Assembly: GCA_937894465.1 (NCBI GenBank)
Contig: CALCRE010000047.1
Span: 2,208-66,207, forward strand
Direction of reading: 5' to 3'
DNA: 64,000 nt
DNA from: an uncultured Clostridia bacterium
GTDB lineage: Bacteria; Bacillota; Clostridia; JAAYHZ01
The translations under genes were made by a program, and so were the position numbers. Below the pieces are notes generated by a model, which made no database searches, was not told where the DNA came from, and saw only the letters and a program-made list of their open reading frames with translations. This document shows, one piece after another, positions 28,230 to 37,530 of the stretch (within the stretch, counting starts at the first letter, position 1; the number at the start of each line of letters is the position of its first letter).

Positions 28230-28874
28230 ATGAGCAGAATAGCAAAAGTTCTGATTCCCTTAGGAATGGTCGGTGTGGTTTTCTACTTTATACATACTTT
28301 TTTGGGAAACATTTTATGGACTGAGTATGACCCTCTAAGGATGGATATAAGCTCTCTTACTGCAGACGGAGCCCCGAATGCGCCTCTTTTAAAAATATTT
28401 ACCCTCATGTATGGCATATGTATGGTTTTAATGGCAGCAGGCTTGGTTCTTCATGCATTCAATAAGTACAATCGTCTGTTAAAAGTAGGTTTTGTCATTC
28501 TATTGATCATGCAACTTACCCCAATTATTGGATATGGATTGTTTCCTTTGACAGGCGATAAGACCGAAATGAACTTCCAAAATATGATGCATTACATGGT
28601 GACAGTGATTGTTGTATTCACCACAATTGCTTCTTCTTTTACGATTGCAAGGGGATTATCAAAACAAGAAAGCACCAAAAGAATGGGTAAGATAGCTTTG
28701 TTTTTTGCCATCACCATCACTGTTTTTGGCATGCTGAATCCTATTTCCATGGGTTTGGATTTAAACCTGCTAGGTTTGACGGAGCGGTTGGTCATTTATA
28801 CAATCCAAACCTTTTTGTTTGTACTGTCCTTCTATCATACATTTTATTATGAGAAAGCAGAGGTGGTTTCATAA
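28230..28874 (+). CDS. Integral membrane protein (DUF998-like)
   Basis: Six hydrophobic segments. A TGnTATAAT extended -10 lies upstream at about 28166 and a GAGGAG ribosome-binding site precedes the start. Confidence 0.55.
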   Translation: MSRIAKVLIPLGMVGVVFYFIHTFLGNILWTEYDPLRMDISSLTADGAPNAPLLKIFTLMYGICMVLMAAGLVLHAFNKYNRLLKVGFVILLIMQLTPIIGYGLFPLTGDKTEMNFQNMMHYMVTVIVVFTTIASSFTIARGLSKQESTKRMGKIALFFAITITVFGMLNPISMGLDLNLLGLTERLVIYTIQTFLFVLSFYHTFYYEKAEVVS

Positions 28875-29250
28875 TGTTGATTGAAAAGACGATAGATGAT
28901 TTTTCAGATGAAATACTTCTTTTTGTGTATGGAACATTGATGAAGAAAACCGACATGGTAGCTCTTATCTTGAAAATGCCGAGTTTTTATGTGAATGCAC
29001 ATTAAAGGATTATGCGTTATATGATATTGGGCCGTATCCTTGGATCATAATAGATGATTGTTCAAAAGTTTTGGGAGAATTATATAAGATCTCAGATGAT
29101 ATGCTCCCTGAAATAGACGGATATGAAGGGGAAGGAACTTTGTACAGTAGGACAAAAGTACAAGTGTATGATCAAAACAATAACCTATATAACCCATTTG
29201 TTTATGTGTATAATAAAAGTGTTATGAGTAAGATGAGAATAGACAATTAA
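28874..29250 (+). pseudogene. Gamma-glutamylcyclotransferase (GGCT/AIG2-like) gene interrupted by a -1 frameshift at an A-run
   Basis: Frame 0 gives MLIEKTIDDFSDEILLFVYGTLMKK then stops at 29003. The -1 frame continues the family-typical ENRHGSSYLENAEFLCECTLKDYALYDIGPYPWII...GELYKISDDMLPEIDGYEGEGTLYSRTKVQVY. The frame switch maps to AAGAAAACC at 28943-28951. Confidence 0.6.
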
Positions 29251-29463
29251 GGAGAAGCCGTATCGATTACCCATCCGATCTTATTTGCCAACCACAGTAG
29301 CAGATGGGGGCGTAAAGGCGTTGCGTTTCTTGATACCCAAAGAGAAGGAGAAAGTTTCGGGAAGTTGTACTTGATCACCAAAGAACAACTTGAGGAAATA
29401 CATGTGCAAGAAGGCCCGGGGGATCGTCGGTATAATAAGGTCATACCAATTGGTTCCGAATAA
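29251..29463 (+). pseudogene. Start-less ORF fragment (70 codons, no ATG); likely gene remnant
   Basis: The open frame runs from the stop at 29248 to the stop at 29461 with no ATG. It lies directly after the frameshifted GGCT gene. Confidence 0.3.
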
Positions 29464-29578
29464 GATATACCAATTGAAACTATCACTCATATGCCCCGGT
29501 ACTTGCAGTCTTGACGAATCGATGGTAGATGTTTATTTGTTAAGATCTCAATTAGAAAAATGATAACAGGAGGCTATA

Positions 29579-30229
29579 ATGGCAGCATTTGATTATAAAA
29601 AAGTATACAAGAATCTGTATGTTCCGAAAACACAAACAAGTCTTGTAGATGTACCTAAAATGCGCTTTGTGATGGTAGATGGAGAAGGGGATCCGAACAC
29701 TTCAGAATCATATAAAACAGCGGTGGAGGTTTTATATGGTTTGTCTTATACTATTAAAATGAGCAAAAAGGGTACTGATGTGCCTGAAGGCTATTTTGAT
29801 TATGTGGTACCTCCTTTAGAAGGCTTGTGGCGGTTTCAAGGTGATGCCTATTATGATAAAGCCATTGGTAAGAAGGATCAATTTATTTGGACCATGATGA
29901 TCCGTCAACCGGAATTTGTCACACAAAATGTCTTTGAGTGGGCAAAAGCCAAACTGTCCGTGAATAAGCCGGAATTAGAACCATCCATTGCTCGGCTGGA
30001 GGATTTTACAGAAGGCTTGTGCGCTCAAATTATGCACATCGGCTCTTATGACGATGAGCCGCCTACGATTGCTGCATTAGAGGCATTTATAAAAGAAAAG
30101 GGATACCGGACGCAAATGTTAGGATACAGGCAGCATCACGAAATTTACCTGGGCGATCCCCGTAAGACGGCCCCGGAGAAGCTAAAGACCGTAATACGTC
30201 ACCCTATTGCTCCTGTAATCACTCAATGA
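29579..30229 (+). CDS. GyrI-like small-molecule-binding domain protein
   Basis: FDYKKVYKNLYVPKTQTSLVDVPKMRFVMVDGEGDPN and a C-terminal IMHIGSYDDEPPTIAALEAFIKEKGY fit the GyrI-like (AraC effector-binding) duplicated fold. Confidence 0.65.
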   Translation: MAAFDYKKVYKNLYVPKTQTSLVDVPKMRFVMVDGEGDPNTSESYKTAVEVLYGLSYTIKMSKKGTDVPEGYFDYVVPPLEGLWRFQGDAYYDKAIGKKDQFIWTMMIRQPEFVTQNVFEWAKAKLSVNKPELEPSIARLEDFTEGLCAQIMHIGSYDDEPPTIAALEAFIKEKGYRTQMLGYRQHHEIYLGDPRKTAPEKLKTVIRHPIAPVITQ

Positions 30230-30239
30230 AAGGGAAACC

Positions 30240-31196
30240 ATGAAAACAAAAAAGAATCAAACACCACCGAGGTGGAAAAAAGTCGCTCCGATACTCATCT
30301 TATTTGTTCTGCTTTTTTTATTAGGCTATCTTTTACCTATGTTAGTGGATCCCATCTTTTCGGTAGGAGAGATGGATCCGGGTGAGTTAGTTTTTATGCT
30401 TGCAGGAATATTGATTACAGTGTATGTCGCTACTGTTATACATATCATATTGCATGAAGCCGGTCATTTGATTTTTGGAAGGCTGACCGGATATCAATTT
30501 TCATCCTTTCGAATCGGTAGCTTTATGTGGGTAAAACAAGAAGGCAAGATCAAATTTCGGAAGATGTCCATCGCCGGAACAGGTGGACAATGCTTGATGG
30601 TGCCACCTCGGATGAAGAAAGGAAAAATACCTTTTGTGCTCTATAATTTAGGAGGCGTCATTGTAAATATGATCGTTGCAGCACTGTTTGTCGCTTTGTT
30701 TTTCATTACACGAAGTTTACCGATTCTATCAACTTTCTTTTTTATCATGGCTGGTATGGGTGTTCTGTTAGCTGCCTTCAATGGTATTCCCATGCAATTC
30801 AATACCATTACAAATGACGGTCACAATGCGATTTCCCTTGGAAAGGATCCCCAAGCGTTGCGTTCTTTTTGGATTCAAATGAAGATAAACGAACAAGTGG
30901 TTAAGGGGAAACGTCTAAAGGAAATGCCGGAGGAATGGTTTGTCATTCCAAATGCTGAAGCAATGAAAAACAGTATGGTAGCGGCTATTGGTGTGTTTGC
31001 TTGCAATGGAATGATGGATTTAATGGAAATTGAGAAAGCAGACAAGCAAATGGCGGAGCTTTTGAAAATGGACACCGGTATGGTTGGGGTTCATCGTAAA
31101 TTACTTATTGCAGATCGGATCTATTGTATTTTGACCATCGAAGGCCACCTGGAGAATATAGATGACTTACTAGATAAGGAACAAAAAAATTTATGA
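30240..31196 (+). CDS. Polytopic membrane protein with an HExxH motif (HEAGHLIFGRL); putative intramembrane zinc metalloprotease, M50/DUF3267-like
   Basis: The HEAGH sits in the second TM helix, with several further TM segments and a C-terminal soluble helical region. Confidence 0.5.
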   Translation: MKTKKNQTPPRWKKVAPILILFVLLFLLGYLLPMLVDPIFSVGEMDPGELVFMLAGILITVYVATVIHIILHEAGHLIFGRLTGYQFSSFRIGSFMWVKQEGKIKFRKMSIAGTGGQCLMVPPRMKKGKIPFVLYNLGGVIVNMIVAALFVALFFITRSLPILSTFFFIMAGMGVLLAAFNGIPMQFNTITNDGHNAISLGKDPQALRSFWIQMKINEQVVKGKRLKEMPEEWFVIPNAEAMKNSMVAAIGVFACNGMMDLMEIEKADKQMAELLKMDTGMVGVHRKLLIADRIYCILTIEGHLENIDDLLDKEQKNL

Positions 31197-31396
31197 AGTA
31201 TATGAAAAGCTTTCCATCCATACTGCGCACACAATATGCTATTGCTTTATTGTCTGAAAACGATTCAACCAAAGCGGAAAGCTACAAGGATGAATTTGAA
31301 AGGATAGCAAAAACATATCCTCATAAAGGTGATGTGGAAGCTGATCGGGAACTGATGGCCCATGCATTGGAAACATATCATCGTAAGAAAAGTTGA
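31193..31396 (+). CDS. Small hypothetical protein (67 aa), translationally coupled (ATGA overlap) to the upstream membrane protein
   Basis: Only the ATGA overlap and a helical, charged composition support it. Confidence 0.3.
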   Translation: MKYMKSFPSILRTQYAIALLSENDSTKAESYKDEFERIAKTYPHKGDVEADRELMAHALETYHRKKS

Positions 31397-31500
31397 GAAC
31401 CCGGGTTAGATAACAGTAGAATAAATAATCTTTAAAAATTAATAATAAGGTATTTACAATAGTGTATGACGTACAGTATAATAATCACGAGGTGATGATC

Positions 31501-31857
31501 ATGGATTCGGTTGGAGAAATACTTGGCTCTCTAGCGGTGGAATTGAAAAGAGGTACATTGGTCCTTACAGTTCTAAGCCAGCTCATTACAAAAGAATATG
31601 GGTATTCCTTGGTACAAAAATTGGAAGAGAAAAAAGTTCCGATTGAAGCGGGTACACTGTATCCTTTACTACGAAGGTTGGAAAAACAAGGCCTTCTTCA
31701 AAGTGAATGGGATACCGGTGAAAGCAGACCGCGTAAATTTTATGTTCTAAGTGAAAAAGGGAAAGACGTATATATACAATTGAAAGATGAATGGAGAACC
31801 ATATCAAAACAAATGGAAATTTTGTTGAGGGAGGAAGAGAAAAATGAACCTGATTGA
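31501..31857 (+). CDS. PadR-family transcriptional regulator
   Basis: Winged-helix PadR pattern GTLYPLLRRLEKQGLLQSEWDTGESRPRKFYVLSEKGK. Start at ATG 31501 with GAGGTG 6 nt upstream. Confidence 0.8.
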   Translation: MDSVGEILGSLAVELKRGTLVLTVLSQLITKEYGYSLVQKLEEKKVPIEAGTLYPLLRRLEKQGLLQSEWDTGESRPRKFYVLSEKGKDVYIQLKDEWRTISKQMEILLREEEKNEPD

Positions 31858-32863
31858 ACGCTATATCGATACTGTAAAAAAGTATTTGCCGGAAGAGATT
31901 CGGGAGGATGTAGGGCTGGAGTTAAATGCCAACATTATGGATATGTTGCCTGAAAATTACACGGAGGATGATGTGTTTCAGGTGTTAACCGAGTTGGGCA
32001 GCCCAAAAAATTTAGCGGATGAGTATAATACCAAGAAAAAGTATTTGATCGGTCCCGCGTACTATGATAAATACATTTCGTTGTTAAAAAGTGTTATTGC
32101 CATATGTGCAGCAGTGGCTTTAGGGATCACATTGATCGAATGGATACTCAAAGCGCCAGCTGACTGGTATGAAGCAGGAGTAGTTGCTAACCTGATTGCC
32201 GAGTTAATTTCATCCGCTTTTGTCGGAGCGATGCAAGGCGCCTTTTGGGTGACTATTGTTTTTATCATACTTGAAAGAACCGGAGTGGAAATAGGATTCA
32301 CCCCTTTTAAGAATAAAGTCTGGACACCAGATGATCTGCCGGCTATTTCAGATGACAAGAATAAGATTTCTCGTGGAGAGACAATCTTTAGTATGGTGAT
32401 GACCATTGTTTTTACAGCCTTGCTGTACTTCCGTCCTGAAGTCATTGCAATGTATGTTAAAGGTGATAATGGTATACCCACTGTAACAACGTTGCTTAAT
32501 ATAGAGAGACTTCAAATCTATATTCCTGCCATCATCATTGTTGCACTGATCCAATTAGGGATATTCATATGGAAGTTTATAGCCGAACACCGCAACTTGC
32601 TTATGGCAATCACGGAAGCGGCATATAATATAGCGTTTATTGTGCTGATGGTTGTAATGTTGGCAGATCAAGGGCTGATCAACAATGAGTTTATTACAAC
32701 ACTTGCAAGTATAATGAAAACAACTGTCGATACTGCTTCGACGTGGGTTGAAACAGGCAAAAAAGTTTTTGGTGCATTTGTTGTGATCGTATGTGTTTGG
32801 GACATTGCTGAAACATTAATACGGACTTTGAAAAGTCCAAAAGGTTCAGGGAATATGAAGTAG
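31844..32863 (+). CDS. DUF1700-type membrane protein (PadR-associated sensor/anchor)
   Basis: N-terminus MNLIERYIDTVKKYLPEEIREDVGLELNANIMDM...LGSPKNLADEY follows the DUF1700 pattern, then about 6 TM helices. Overlaps the PadR stop. Confidence 0.6.
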   Translation: MNLIERYIDTVKKYLPEEIREDVGLELNANIMDMLPENYTEDDVFQVLTELGSPKNLADEYNTKKKYLIGPAYYDKYISLLKSVIAICAAVALGITLIEWILKAPADWYEAGVVANLIAELISSAFVGAMQGAFWVTIVFIILERTGVEIGFTPFKNKVWTPDDLPAISDDKNKISRGETIFSMVMTIVFTALLYFRPEVIAMYVKGDNGIPTVTTLLNIERLQIYIPAIIIVALIQLGIFIWKFIAEHRNLLMAITEAAYNIAFIVLMVVMLADQGLINNEFITTLASIMKTTVDTASTWVETGKKVFGAFVVIVCVWDIAETLIRTLKSPKGSGNMK

Positions 32864-32952
32864 CCAATTAGGATTCAATAGACGGACGATTCTATGTGCT
32901 ATATAATTAAATTAAGCTTTAAGTAAATAATTCTTGGAGGAGGTCTTACCTT

Positions 32953-33687
32953 ATGATTTACATCATCATCAGTTTGTTTTCTGTTTTTATGGGTTTGTCA
33001 GTTCATGTGTTTAAGTGGTATTTTCTCATTTCAGGCTATAACACTATGCCAAAGGAGCAAAAGAAAAACGTTGACACAAAGGGCCTCGGACGTCTGATGG
33101 GAATCTACGGATATGCCAATGGAGCTGTATTTCTGGTGTTAGGGGTATTGGAACTTTTGGGTAAAAAGCAGCCGATGCTACCTGCGCTTATATTTTTCGC
33201 TGTGTCCACAATTTATTTACTGATCAAGGCTCAAAAATATGACGGGAATGTTCATAAAAAAGGAGGAAAAATGTTAAAAAGACAAGGTCAGAACCCCACT
33301 GTATCTGTTGTTGTCACCATTGTTACTATCATCTTTGTAGCTGTTCTTATGCTCTTTTCAGCTCAAGCAACCAAGGCGACTTTTTTGGACGAAGGAGTAA
33401 AAATACATGGTATGTATGGTGATGTATATACATGGGAATCCATTGACGAAATTGAATTGATCGAGAAGTTGCCGACCATTGAAAGGCGTACCAACGGTTC
33501 TGCTGTCGGCTCATTTTTAAAAGGGCATTTTCGAACAACAGAAATGGGTTCGGTAAAACTGTTTGTCGATACAAAAATACCACCTTTTATATTTCTTAAA
33601 ACACAAGAAGATATCATCATATTTAATATGAGAACCCCTGAAGAAACACAAAATGTGTTTGAAGAGATTTTAAAGAGAAGTAGATAA
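32953..33687 (+). CDS. Membrane protein with DUF3784-like N-terminus ([17 protein letters not shown]) and a C-terminal PH-like domain
   Basis: Hydrophobic N-terminal pair of helices with the SGYNTM motif, a central TM, and a C-terminal beta-rich region. Confidence 0.45.
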   Translation: MIYIIISLFSVFMGLSVHVFKWYFLISGYNTMPKEQKKNVDTKGLGRLMGIYGYANGAVFLVLGVLELLGKKQPMLPALIFFAVSTIYLLIKAQKYDGNVHKKGGKMLKRQGQNPTVSVVVTIVTIIFVAVLMLFSAQATKATFLDEGVKIHGMYGDVYTWESIDEIELIEKLPTIERRTNGSAVGSFLKGHFRTTEMGSVKLFVDTKIPPFIFLKTQEDIIIFNMRTPEETQNVFEEILKRSR

Positions 33688-33704
33688 GGAAGGAGAGATC
33701 TGCC

Positions 33705-34472
33705 ATGTCACAAGTAGAAGAAAAACTTGCCAAGTCATTAACGGCAGAATCTGTGGAGCTAATCCCTTTTCTGCCATATTTATTATGTGACTTATGGGAG
33801 CTAGGTTCCTCACCAACAGATATCATTTACTTAATAAAAAAACACATCAAGAAGCCGGAGCAAATGAAGGTTCTGGATTTGGCTTGTGGTAAAGGTGCTG
33901 TCAGTGTTCAGCTGGCAAAACAAATCGGTTGTCAGGTAAAAGGCATTGATATCACTTTGGAATTTATAGAATTCGCCCGGAAAAAAGCAAAAGAGTTGGG
34001 TGTGGAATGTTTGTGTGAATTTCAGGTAGAGGATATCAATGAGTCTGTTAATATTGAAAAGAATTATGACTTGGTGATCCTTGGTTCCGTAGGAGATGTA
34101 TTAGGAAATCCGGAAGAAACCATTTTAAAGTTAAAGAACATTATAAATCCGGGAGGATGGATTATCATTGACGATGCCTATGGTAAGGATGGTGTTAACA
34201 TCGATTATTATTCAAAGAATGAGTGGTGTGCTATATTTAATAAAACCAATGTTAAGCTGGTAGAGGAAGTATTTGTGAATGATGATGCATTGATTGACCT
34301 GAATCGGGAACAACAAGACTTTATTGTAAAAAGAGCAAAGGAACTAATAGAACAGTATCCGGAAAAAGCAAGTCTGTTTGAAAGCTATATACAAAGCCAG
34401 CAGGCTGAATGCGATGAATTGGAAAATCATATGACAGTTGTTACACTATTATTAAAAGCAATTGAAAAGTAA
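33705..34472 (+). CDS. Class I SAM-dependent methyltransferase
   Basis: Motif I VLDLACGKGAVSVQLA and motif II/post-I DLVILGSVGDV. Confidence 0.7.
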   Translation: MSQVEEKLAKSLTAESVELIPFLPYLLCDLWELGSSPTDIIYLIKKHIKKPEQMKVLDLACGKGAVSVQLAKQIGCQVKGIDITLEFIEFARKKAKELGVECLCEFQVEDINESVNIEKNYDLVILGSVGDVLGNPEETILKLKNIINPGGWIIIDDAYGKDGVNIDYYSKNEWCAIFNKTNVKLVEEVFVNDDALIDLNREQQDFIVKRAKELIEQYPEKASLFESYIQSQQAECDELENHMTVVTLLLKAIEK

Positions 34473-34574
34473 TTTTTAATTACTTTATTAAATTTCTTTT
34501 ATATTAGCCGAATATCTTTATTTATTCTCTGTCTATATAAGTGAAAGTGATCAATCTTAGACGAGGAGGAGATC

Positions 34575-35132
34575 ATGGAGGACCGGGAAATCATCAATCT
34601 GTACTGGTCGCGTAATGAAGCGGCGATCGGTCAGACCCATACAAAATATGGACGTTTACTACACAGCATATCCTATAACATACTGTCCAATCACGAAGAC
34701 TCTCAAGAGTGTGTCAATGACACATACCAAAAAGCTTGGAATGCAATGCCACCCCAAAGGCCTGATTCCTTAACGGCTTTTTTAGGACGTATCGTGAGAA
34801 ACCTGTCAATCAATTGTTGGCATAAAGCTCGAGCACAAAAACGTTCTAATGGAGCCAAAGAGTTGCTTTTGGAATTAGCCGAATGTGTTCCTGATAAAAA
34901 TAATGTGGAAAAGGTAATTGAAGCAAGGGAATTATCGGAATTTATCAGTGATTGGCTGTGCACTCTGTCACAGGAAAACCGTGTGTTGTTTCTACGTCGT
35001 TATTGGTATGGGGTTCCGCTGAAACGTCTGGCTCATGAATATGGAACGACTCCTAGTAAATTAGGGTCAAGGATGTACCGCTTAAGGCAGGATCTAAAAG
35101 CCACATTGGAAAAGGAAGGTGTGTCGATATGA
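34575..35132 (+). CDS. ECF-type sigma-70 family RNA polymerase sigma factor
   Basis: Region-2-like DTYQKAWNAM...FLGRIVRNLSINCWHK and region-4-like VPLKRLAHEYGTTPSKLGSRMYRLRQDL. Stop overlaps the next gene (ATGA). Confidence 0.75.
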   Translation: MEDREIINLYWSRNEAAIGQTHTKYGRLLHSISYNILSNHEDSQECVNDTYQKAWNAMPPQRPDSLTAFLGRIVRNLSINCWHKARAQKRSNGAKELLLELAECVPDKNNVEKVIEARELSEFISDWLCTLSQENRVLFLRRYWYGVPLKRLAHEYGTTPSKLGSRMYRLRQDLKATLEKEGVSI

Positions 35133-36520
35133 AAGAAAAAAAGATATTTGATGCTGTCACGGATGTTCGTGACGAATTAATTGAAGAAGCAAAGATCACC
35201 ATGTATAAGAAGAAAAAACCCATGTGGGTTATATGGGTGGCGATTGCGGCTTGTGCTGCAATAGTAATGGGTATAGGCTTGCTGATTCCGGGGACTGGAA
35301 ACAATAATCCTAATTCGGGAATGCTCCTGGAGGTAATGTATCCGAAGGCATATGCCTTTGAAGATTCTGACACAAAGAGAGCTATCAGGGAGCAAAACCC
35401 CGTTGATGAAAACTTCATCAACTCCATCAAGGAATTTTCTTATAAGACAGGTTCCGCTATTTTATCCGACAATGGAAAAAACAAAAATTACTCACCTTTA
35501 TCACTTTTTTATGCATTAGGGCTTGCAACCTCCGGTGCAAAAGGCGATACACAAGCTGAGCTATTGGATTTTCTGGGGGTACCGGATATAGAAACTTTAA
35601 CCCTGCAAAGTAGAAATTTGTATCGGACTCTTTACCGAGATAATGAAATCGGAAAGCTGAAAATTGCTAACTCCATTTGGATGGAAAATGAGCTAAACGG
35701 TAAACCCATTGTGTTTAAAGAGGATTTTGTAAAGCAAGCAGTGGAGAACTTCTATGCCAGCTCCCATAGTGTGGATTTTGCCAAGGAAGAAACGGGAAAA
35801 GCCATGGCCAAATGGATTCAAAATCAAACAAACGGTACATTGTCACCCACAATTGAGGTAGACCCGGAGCAAATACTGACCATAATCAATACAGTATACT
35901 TTTATGATCAATGGGTTGATCGGTTTGACAAACAAAAAACCGCCCAAAGCATATTTTACTTGGCAAACGGTGACAAAGAAAAAGCTGATTTTATGAACCA
36001 AACGTTTTCGTCGGCAGGCTTTTCAAGAGGAGAAGGTTTTACACGTGCCGGTTTACAACTTAAAAATGCAAGCCAAATGATATTTATTCTTCCGGATGCA
36101 GGAGTTTCACCTTATGATCTACTCTCGTCTTCCGAACAGATGAAGGAGATCTTTGAAGGAGGAGAAAGATTGAACGGTGAGGTGGTATGGAAAATACCCA
36201 AGTTCAACTTTGGTTCCGAGTTTTCTCTGAAGGATACGCTAGGAAGTTTGGGTATTGTGTCGGCTTTTCGACCGGACGCAGACTTTACCGGCATTACGGA
36301 CCACACGGCATTCATTTCGAATGTCCGTCAAGAAACCCACATCGCCATTGATGAAATCGGTGTGGAAGCTTCTGCTTTTACCCGTATAGAGTACGCAGGA
36401 GCTGCACTTCCTAACGGCAGAGCTGATATGATTCTCAATAGCCCCTTTATATATGGTATAACGGCGCAAAATGGCACCTTGTTATTTGTGGGTGTATGTG
36501 AAAATCCGGCGGAAAACTAA
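35129..36520 (+). CDS. Membrane-anchored serpin (serine protease inhibitor) with an anti-sigma-like N-terminal segment
   Basis: Short cytoplasmic N-terminus (TDVRDELIEEA) plus one TM (WVIWVAIAACAAIVMGIGLLI). Serpin N-terminal core NKNYSPLSLFYALGLATSGAKGDTQAEL. Hinge EIGVEASAFT resembling inhibitory serpins, and C-terminal serpin signature MILNSPFIYGI...LLFVGVCENP. Confidence 0.75.
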   Translation: MKEKKIFDAVTDVRDELIEEAKITMYKKKKPMWVIWVAIAACAAIVMGIGLLIPGTGNNNPNSGMLLEVMYPKAYAFEDSDTKRAIREQNPVDENFINSIKEFSYKTGSAILSDNGKNKNYSPLSLFYALGLATSGAKGDTQAELLDFLGVPDIETLTLQSRNLYRTLYRDNEIGKLKIANSIWMENELNGKPIVFKEDFVKQAVENFYASSHSVDFAKEETGKAMAKWIQNQTNGTLSPTIEVDPEQILTIINTVYFYDQWVDRFDKQKTAQSIFYLANGDKEKADFMNQTFSSAGFSRGEGFTRAGLQLKNASQMIFILPDAGVSPYDLLSSSEQMKEIFEGGERLNGEVVWKIPKFNFGSEFSLKDTLGSLGIVSAFRPDADFTGITDHTAFISNVRQETHIAIDEIGVEASAFTRIEYAGAALPNGRADMILNSPFIYGITAQNGTLLFVGVCENPAEN

Positions 36521-36548
36521 AAGTTATGAAAGATGAGGTAGGAAACAA

Positions 36549-37469
36549 ATGACGAACCTTTTCACATTTGAATTAAACGGCTGGAATTCCTGGAGCAAGG
36601 TGTTTCAATCAATCAAGGATTTCCAATCATTGATCAAGTATATATATGAAAGCAATTTCCTACCTCTTTCTCAAATTGAACAATGCACACCGGGTACCAA
36701 TGCGGTTTTCAAGGTTGGTTCCACTGTTATAAAGATATTTGCACCTAAAGAGTCCGGGTTTGATTCTGATTCGGATTATGTGACTGAACTTTTCGGCATG
36801 GAAAGGGCAAACAAGTTGGGAATATCAACACCAAAATTGTTGGCAAAGGGAATTGTAGAGGATCAATATGTTTTCCCTTATCTCATCATGGAATATATTC
36901 CGGGTGGCTCTTTCGGAATGCTTGAAAGTCAATGGACGGATGATGAGAAGACAAACTTTGCAAAGCAGTTACACTGCATAACGGACTTGATGAATACTTC
37001 CTGTGAGCCGTTTAATTATTTGGATGTTATCGATCGGGCACTATATTGTCAACGTTGGAGCAAATTTCCACGAAGTTTTCAACAAGAGCGTAGAAAATAT
37101 TTGGAGCAGTATAAGGGGTCGTCACAGGTTTATGTGCATGGGGACTTAAATCCGGACAATGTGCTTGTTGATCATAACGGAAAGCTTTATATCATCGACT
37201 TTGCCGATGCAGTGATTGCTCCTCCTGAATATGAGTTTGCAGCTATTGTATGTGAACTGTTTTGCTTTGAAAAACCTTATATGATCGGATATTTCGGAGA
37301 ATACAATATTGAAGAGCTTGCTGAAAAGTGCTTCAACGCCATACTGATGCATGACTTTGGTGCAGGGATCATCGAATGCAATTTAGGCCGGATCAATGAG
37401 ATCGCATCCCTTTCAGTGTTAAAAGAAAGGTTATGTATTGCGATTAAAAACAACAAAGGGATTGAATAA
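36549..37469 (+). CDS. Phosphotransferase-family kinase (APH/choline-kinase fold)
   Basis: Brenner motif HGDLNPDNVLVD and IIDFADA. Confidence 0.6.
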   Translation: MTNLFTFELNGWNSWSKVFQSIKDFQSLIKYIYESNFLPLSQIEQCTPGTNAVFKVGSTVIKIFAPKESGFDSDSDYVTELFGMERANKLGISTPKLLAKGIVEDQYVFPYLIMEYIPGGSFGMLESQWTDDEKTNFAKQLHCITDLMNTSCEPFNYLDVIDRALYCQRWSKFPRSFQQERRKYLEQYKGSSQVYVHGDLNPDNVLVDHNGKLYIIDFADAVIAPPEYEFAAIVCELFCFEKPYMIGYFGEYNIEELAEKCFNAILMHDFGAGIIECNLGRINEIASLSVLKERLCIAIKNNKGIE

Positions 37470-37530
37470 CTCAACGGAGCGTAGAGTGTATTTCAAGAAG
37501 GCGGTTATTGATTCCATACCGGTATCAAAT

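Noticed and set aside
31441-31500. Possible PadR operator palindrome around TGTATGACGTACAGTATA
   Set aside because: On base-by-base check the dyad symmetry breaks after 4 bp. It is not a convincing inverted repeat.
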